A DNA stretch of 64,000 nt from Terracidiphilus sp. (GTDB lineage: Bacteria; Acidobacteriota; Terriglobia; Terriglobales; Acidobacteriaceae): assembly GCA_035315085.1 (NCBI GenBank), contig DATFYK010000026.1, positions 1,538 through 65,537 on the forward strand, read 5' to 3'. Positions 59,404-64,000 of the stretch are shown one piece after another. The notes under the pieces were generated by a model. The model ran no database searches. It worked only from the letters and a program-made list of their open reading frames with translations, and was not told the origin of the DNA. Each line of letters starts with the position of its first letter. Within the stretch, counting starts at the first letter, position 1. A program made the translations under genes and the position numbers.

Positions 59404-59555
59404 TCTGTTCTAGTTTACGAAAGGCAGGGTCAAACGGTTCCAGCTTCGGCTCCAGGCTCCGAATGGCGGCTGACTCGAAAACTGGACGGGGCTACGCTCC
59501 GCGCTCGGTTCGCTGTCCCCGCAACGGTCCGGAATGATATGCTGACCAACACCGG

Positions 59556-59569
59556 AAAAAGCGATTTAC
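59556..59569 (+). promoter_or_regulatory. Candidate LacI-family operator downstream of an extended -10 (TGATATGCT, 59535-59543) of xylB
   Basis: AAAAAGCGATTTAC with AAAnCGnTTT core. Confidence 0.5.
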
Positions 59570-59587
59570 GCAAGGGAGAAAACAGGT

Positions 59588-61063
59588 ATGTGGTTCCTTG
59601 GAATGGATGTGGGCACGGGCGGAACGCGGGCCGTGGTGGTGGATGAAGCGGGCAAACTGATTGCCGGGGCGTCGAGCGAACATGCGGCGTTCAAGACGGC
59701 GCACCCCGGCTGGGCGGAGCAGGATCCCGAAGACTGGTGGCGGGCGGCGCAGGAGGCGATTCGCGAGGCATTGGCCGCCGCGCCGGAGCCGCGACAACCC
59801 ATCGCCGCCATTGGCCTGACCGGCCAGATGCACGGGGCGGTGATGCTGGACGAAGGCGGGAAGGTGCTGCGGCCGTCGCTGATCTGGTGCGACACGCGCA
59901 CCCAGCCGCAGTGCGACTGGCTGACGGAGAAGATAGGCTATGAGCGGCTCATCGAGCTGACCTGCAACCCGGCGCTGCCCAACTTCACCCTCACCAAGGT
60001 GTTGTGGGTGAAGGAGCATGAGCCGGAGATTTTCAAGAAGATCCGCCACATTATGTGCCCCAAAGACTACGTGCGCTACCGGCTGACGGGGGAATTTGCC
60101 ATCGACGTGCAAGAGGCCTCGGGGACGCTGCTGCTGGACGTGACGCATCGCCGCTGGTCGAAGGAAGTGGCTGAGGCGGCGGGGATTCCCGAGAGCTGGC
60201 TGCCCAAGGTCTATGAGTCGCCCGAGGTCTGCGCGCGCATCAGCGAGGGCGCGGCGGGGCTGACCGGCCTCAAGGCGGGAACGCCGGTGGTGGCCGGCGC
60301 GGGCGACCAGGGAGCCGGCGCTGTGGGCATGGGAATCCTGCAGCCGGGGTCGGTTTCAGCCACCATCGGCACCTCGGGAGTGGTGTTTGCGGCCACGGCG
60401 AGCCCGACCAAGGACCCCAAAGGACGGCTGCACACCTTCTGCCACGCCGTTCCGGGGCTGTGGCATGTGATGGGCGTAACGCAGGGCGCTGGGTTGAGCC
60501 TGCGCTGGCTCAAGGAGACCTTTTTCCCCGGTCATGATTATGACTATCTGACCGCGGCGGCCGGCAAGGTTCCGGCCTGTAGCGAGGGGCTGGAGTGGGC
60601 GCCGTATCTGCTAGGCGAGAGGACGCCGCATCTGGACCCTGAAGTGAGGGCGGCTTTTGCCTGCATTTCGACCGTGCATACGGCGGCACATTTTGTGCGG
60701 GCGGTGCTGGAAGGTGTGGCTTACTCGCTGGAAGACACGTTCACGCTTTTTGCCGAGTTGGGGATTCCGGTGAGCGCCATTCGCCTGGGCGGCGGCGGCG
60801 CGCGCGGGCCGCTGTGGCGCAAGATTCAGGCCGGCATCTACGGCCAGGCCGTCGAGGTTCTGACCGCCGAAGAAGGCGGCGCCTTCGGCTCGGCGCTGAT
60901 GGCCGGCGTGGGAGCGGGCCACTGGGCCAACCTGGACGAGGCCTGCGGGCAGGCTATCGAGGTCGCCCAGCGCATCGAGCCGGATGCTGCGGATCTCAAG
61001 GCTTACAAGGCTGGCTACGCCAAGTGGCGGAAGCTGTATCCGGCGCTGAAGAGCCTGCGGTAG
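59588..61063 (+). CDS. xylB: Xylulokinase (FGGY family)
   Basis: GMDVGTGG, GWAEQDP, TGQMHG, WCDTR, GAGDQ, IGTSGVV, PYLLGERTPH. Confidence 0.9.
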   Translation: MWFLGMDVGTGGTRAVVVDEAGKLIAGASSEHAAFKTAHPGWAEQDPEDWWRAAQEAIREALAAAPEPRQPIAAIGLTGQMHGAVMLDEGGKVLRPSLIWCDTRTQPQCDWLTEKIGYERLIELTCNPALPNFTLTKVLWVKEHEPEIFKKIRHIMCPKDYVRYRLTGEFAIDVQEASGTLLLDVTHRRWSKEVAEAAGIPESWLPKVYESPEVCARISEGAAGLTGLKAGTPVVAGAGDQGAGAVGMGILQPGSVSATIGTSGVVFAATASPTKDPKGRLHTFCHAVPGLWHVMGVTQGAGLSLRWLKETFFPGHDYDYLTAAAGKVPACSEGLEWAPYLLGERTPHLDPEVRAAFACISTVHTAAHFVRAVLEGVAYSLEDTFTLFAELGIPVSAIRLGGGGARGPLWRKIQAGIYGQAVEVLTAEEGGAFGSALMAGVGAGHWANLDEACGQAIEVAQRIEPDAADLKAYKAGYAKWRKLYPALKSLR

Positions 61064-61126
61064 AAGATAACGGGTCTGGCCACAGAACAGGCCTCGCACG
61101 GCGAGTTTGATGGCGAGATTGCGCGC

Positions 61127-61783
61127 CTATTGAAAGTCCGCAAACACGAAGCCATCCCGATTGACGACTTCGCCCGCTTGCAAACACAGGGGGGCTGTGA
61201 ACATGGGCCCGCCGTAGACGCAGGTGTGAAACTCGCCGTGCTCTCCACAGGGGTCTATCTCCGGCGGGAAATCGCGCAACAAGGCAGCATCGAACTCGCG
61301 GCCGGCAAAGGAGCCCGGCAATTGCTTCGTATCCACGCAAGACAGTTTGGCGCGGAGGCCGCCGGCGATCATGTCGCGCGCGAGCGCGGCGGTTGGAATC
61401 TGCCACAGGGGAAACAAGGGTTCGAGGCCAGTCGGCTTGAGCTGGGTCTCGCGATAGGCGCGGACGTCGGTCAGGAACAGGTCGCCGAAGGCAACTGCGT
61501 CGATATGCTCATCGACGGCGCGTTTGCAGACTTCGGCCATGCGCTGCTCATAGATTTCGTTGGAACAGGGCCAGGGCAGCGGCACAATCCACAAGGGCAA
61601 CTGAGCGGCTTCGGCCTGCGCTTCCAGAACGGAACGGCGCGTGCCGTGCATGGCGACACGCTGGAACTCGGAGTTCAGGGTGGTCAGCAAGCCGCACAAT
61701 TCTATGCCCGGCTGCTGGCGCAGCAGGTGGAGCGTCCAGGCGCTATCTTTACCGCTGCTCCAGGACAAGAGGACGCGCTTCAT
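61127..61783 (-). CDS. PP-loop ATPase, diphthine-ammonia ligase-like (DUF71/MJ0570 family)
   Basis: SWSSGKDS, VAFGDLFL, DPCGEHGEFHT; start moved to MKRVLL. Confidence 0.9.
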   Translation of the reverse strand: MKRVLLSWSSGKDSAWTLHLLRQQPGIELCGLLTTLNSEFQRVAMHGTRRSVLEAQAEAAQLPLWIVPLPWPCSNEIYEQRMAEVCKRAVDEHIDAVAFGDLFLTDVRAYRETQLKPTGLEPLFPLWQIPTAALARDMIAGGLRAKLSCVDTKQLPGSFAGREFDAALLRDFPPEIDPCGEHGEFHTCVYGGPMFTAPLCLQAGEVVNRDGFVFADFQ

Positions 61784-61847
61784 AGGACGATCATAACCTT
61801 CCGCTCGGACGGCACGGCCCACCACCCGGAGGCGGCAGGCCTCCGGG

Positions 61848-61905
61848 TGTGATCGACGTCATAGACCTGTGACCAGAGTCACAACGCGGGGTGAATCGTG
61901 TCACT
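61848..61905. promoter_or_regulatory. Three tandem Crp/Fnr-type boxes
   Basis: TGTGA-N6-TCATA (61848), perfect TGTGA-N6-TCACA (61868), GGTGA-N6-TCACT (61890). Confidence 0.75.
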
Positions 61906-61986
61906 GATAGCTTATCGAGGCAGAGAGCAGACTCAGAGTCCAAGGGCAAGAAATGAGTGAGGCGCTTTGTGGCGCCAGAGGCATCC

Positions 61987-62886
61987 ATGAGCTTTGCAAC
62001 CGGCATGAAGACGATTGTCGTGGCCACGGATCTGAACGGCCAGTCGGAAGCGGCGCTGGAGTATGCGCGCAAGTTGGCGGCAGGGTATGGGGCGCGGATG
62101 GTGCTGGCTCACGGCATTGACCCGCTGGACTATGCGGCCGTGGATGCGGTTCCCGGTCAGGTGCTGAAGGGACTGACCGAAGAGGCGCGCGCGGCGCTGG
62201 GAAAACTGGCCGGCGAACTGCTGCGGGAAGGGATACCGAGCCATTCGGAGGTGCGGCAGGGCGCGGTGGCGGCGATGCTGGTGGACGTGGCGCGGCAATA
62301 CGAGGCCGGGCTGATCGTGATTGGCACGCATGGAATGCAGGGGGCCGGCGCGGTGATGGTGGGCGCGGTGGCGGAGCAGTTAGTGCGGCTGGCACCGTGT
62401 CCGGTGCTAGCCGTGGCGGCGGACTGGAATGCGGGCGAGTTCCGCCCTACTCCAGGCGGGCCGGTGCTGCTGGCGATGGAGCGCAATGAGGCTACGCAGG
62501 CCGCGGTGGATACCGCTTATTCGCTGGCGGAGACGTTTCATCGCACACTGCTGGTCTTGCACGCGCGCGGGCCGGCCGAGGCATCAGCGTTTCTGAACCC
62601 CGGCGCAACCACGCTGGAGGAGTTTGGCATCCAGCCGAGCGGACGTTTCCCGGTGCGCTGCATGGTGAAGGACGGCAACCCGGCAGACGCCATCGTGGAA
62701 GCGATCGCGCAGCACCATCCCAGCGTGCTGGTGGCCGGGGTGAAGCGCTGCAGCGATACGCCGGGACCGCATGGGACCGCCTTTGCGCTGCTGGCCCGTT
62801 CTCGCGTGCCCGTGATGTGCGTTCCGCCGCAACCGGTGCCCGTGGTGCCGGAGCGGGAGACTTGTACCCAGGTGGAGACCCTATAG
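61987..62886 (+). CDS. Universal stress protein (tandem USP domains)
   Basis: IVVATDL, LIVIGTHG..G...GAVAEQLVRLAPCPVL; second degenerate USP domain. Confidence 0.9.
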   Translation: MSFATGMKTIVVATDLNGQSEAALEYARKLAAGYGARMVLAHGIDPLDYAAVDAVPGQVLKGLTEEARAALGKLAGELLREGIPSHSEVRQGAVAAMLVDVARQYEAGLIVIGTHGMQGAGAVMVGAVAEQLVRLAPCPVLAVAADWNAGEFRPTPGGPVLLAMERNEATQAAVDTAYSLAETFHRTLLVLHARGPAEASAFLNPGATTLEEFGIQPSGRFPVRCMVKDGNPADAIVEAIAQHHPSVLVAGVKRCSDTPGPHGTAFALLARSRVPVMCVPPQPVPVVPERETCTQVETL

Positions 62887-62927
62887 CGCGAGAGGAGCGC
62901 AGGAGCCGAAGGTTCACTGTTGGCAAT

Positions 62928-62975
62928 AGATGGGCAGGCGGAAGCGGAAATCCCGCCACCCCATCTCGTTTGATT
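62928..62975 (+). terminator. Possible terminator after USP
   Basis: AGATGGG..GGCGG / CCGCC..CCCATCT stem with a T-rich tail. Confidence 0.4.
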
Positions 62976-63156
62976 CGTTTCTCTGGAATTGTTGCATTGG
63001 AAGCGATTTGCCGGATATGGATTTTGAACTACAGAGCTTGGTTCATCGCAAATCCGCAGTACCGAACGCGCTCGCCAAGGACCGGCCGGCAGGTGGATTG
63101 CAGACGCCAATCACCGCAGGACCGGAGATCGGGCGGAGATAAAGGGAGATATAGCC

Positions 63157-63654
63157 ATGCAACCTGAGGCAAGATCCAGGCGAATGGATGCGGTGACAGC
63201 GCATCCGCTGGCAGAGTTATTGGAGTGCCCTCCGGCGACCGGGAATCTGCTGAACAGCTCGGCCCAGTGTATGGATTTCGAGGCCGGGGCGATTGTCTTT
63301 CGCCAGTTCGGAATCTGCCGGGGGCTTTATGTGGTGGTTTCAGGGAGGTTTCAGCGCAGGACGGAGCGGCTGGAGACGCGGCTGACGCTCTCGCCGGCGC
63401 GCGCCGGGGACCTGGTGGAGCTGGCGGCCGTGCTGGGGGACGGCAGGCACACCTACACGCTGAGCGCGCAAACTCCCGGATCGGTGCTGTTGCTGCCCAT
63501 GGAGGCTCTTCATCTGGCGTTTCAGTCCTATCCGCCGCTGCGTATGCAGTTGCTGGAGGAATTGGCCCGCGAGGTTTCGCGAGCCTATAACGTTAGCTGC
63601 CTTACCCGTTCGGCCAGAGTACGGGGGCGAGAACCCCGGGCCGCAACGGCATAG
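63157..63654 (+). CDS. Stand-alone cyclic-nucleotide-binding-domain protein (no HTH)
   Basis: FEAGAIVFRQ...LYVVVSG...AGDLVELAA...YTLSAQT Crp N-domain pattern. Confidence 0.78.
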   Translation: MQPEARSRRMDAVTAHPLAELLECPPATGNLLNSSAQCMDFEAGAIVFRQFGICRGLYVVVSGRFQRRTERLETRLTLSPARAGDLVELAAVLGDGRHTYTLSAQTPGSVLLLPMEALHLAFQSYPPLRMQLLEELAREVSRAYNVSCLTRSARVRGREPRAATA

Positions 63655-63780
63655 ACGGCCGTTTTGTCCTGCTGAATTCCTGCCGCGGGTCCACTCAGGG
63701 CCACAACGGGAATTGAAGGAAAATCCCTGCCTTGCACACGGCCAAAGTGCGATATACTCAGATTGCACAACGGCGAAGCC

Positions 63781-64000
63781 ATGGCCTCATTTCATCCCCA
63801 TCACCCTCCGGAAGATTGTGTCAATTGTGAGCATCGCCATTTGCGGATGTTCTGCAATCTCACACCCGAGGCGCTCGCAGATTACGACGGGATCGGGATC
63901 ATGATGAGCCATGCGCGGGGCGCGAAGCTGTTTACCGAGGGCGACCCGGCGCGGAATGTCTTTGTGATCTGTTTTGGGCAGGTAAAAATTTCCTCTACCT
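63781..64000 (+). CDS. Crp/Fnr family regulator with N-terminal Cys cluster (3' truncated by window edge)
   Basis: Manual translation MASFHPHHPPEDCVNCEHRHLRMFCNL...RGAKLFTEGDPARNVFVICFGQVKISST; not in the ORF track. Confidence 0.85.
   Translation, partial: MASFHPHHPPEDCVNCEHRHLRMFCNLTPEALADYDGIGIMMSHARGAKLFTEGDPARNVFVICFGQVKISST

Noticed and set aside
62998-63011. TGGAAGCGATTTGC resembling the xylB operator
   Set aside because: Left half-site is degenerate and the downstream gene is unrelated to sugar use

Overview
GC-rich bacterial chromosomal segment. Gene content and style suggest Acidobacteriota (inference). No rRNA, tRNA, CRISPR array, transposase or integrase was recognised. Layout: (1) housekeeping block, 1-15.5 kb: yidC 3' end, acetyltransferase, TPR protein, site-2 protease-trpS-scpA, Pit transporter, ftsK, uppP, DUF1015. 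(2) Accessory block of secreted proteins, 15.7-33.8 kb: two tandem YCF48/BNR propeller paralogs (one fused to a DUF1906/GH25-like hydrolase), an IclR-HTH sugar regulator, a GH3 glucosidase, and two tandem S53 protease-Ig-repeat giants duplicated together with promoter, leader and terminator. (3) A kdp locus with two unannotated micropeptides and an N-terminally truncated, divergent KdpD. (4) Mixed genes: ABC transporter, UPF0182, GH120-like protein, phoU, PAS-GGDEF-EAL, phosphate acyltransferase, an isoprenoid-synthase-like protein, xylB, and a Crp/Fnr-USP cluster with several TGTGA-N6-TCACA boxes. Top candidate for a novel system: in both S53 proteins the last Ig domain is split by a GG-TM-RRR-TM-lipobox(Cys)-polyGly cassette. 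This suggests anchoring by an internally generated lipopeptide that donates the missing beta-strands. All family calls are by motif recognition, not database search.
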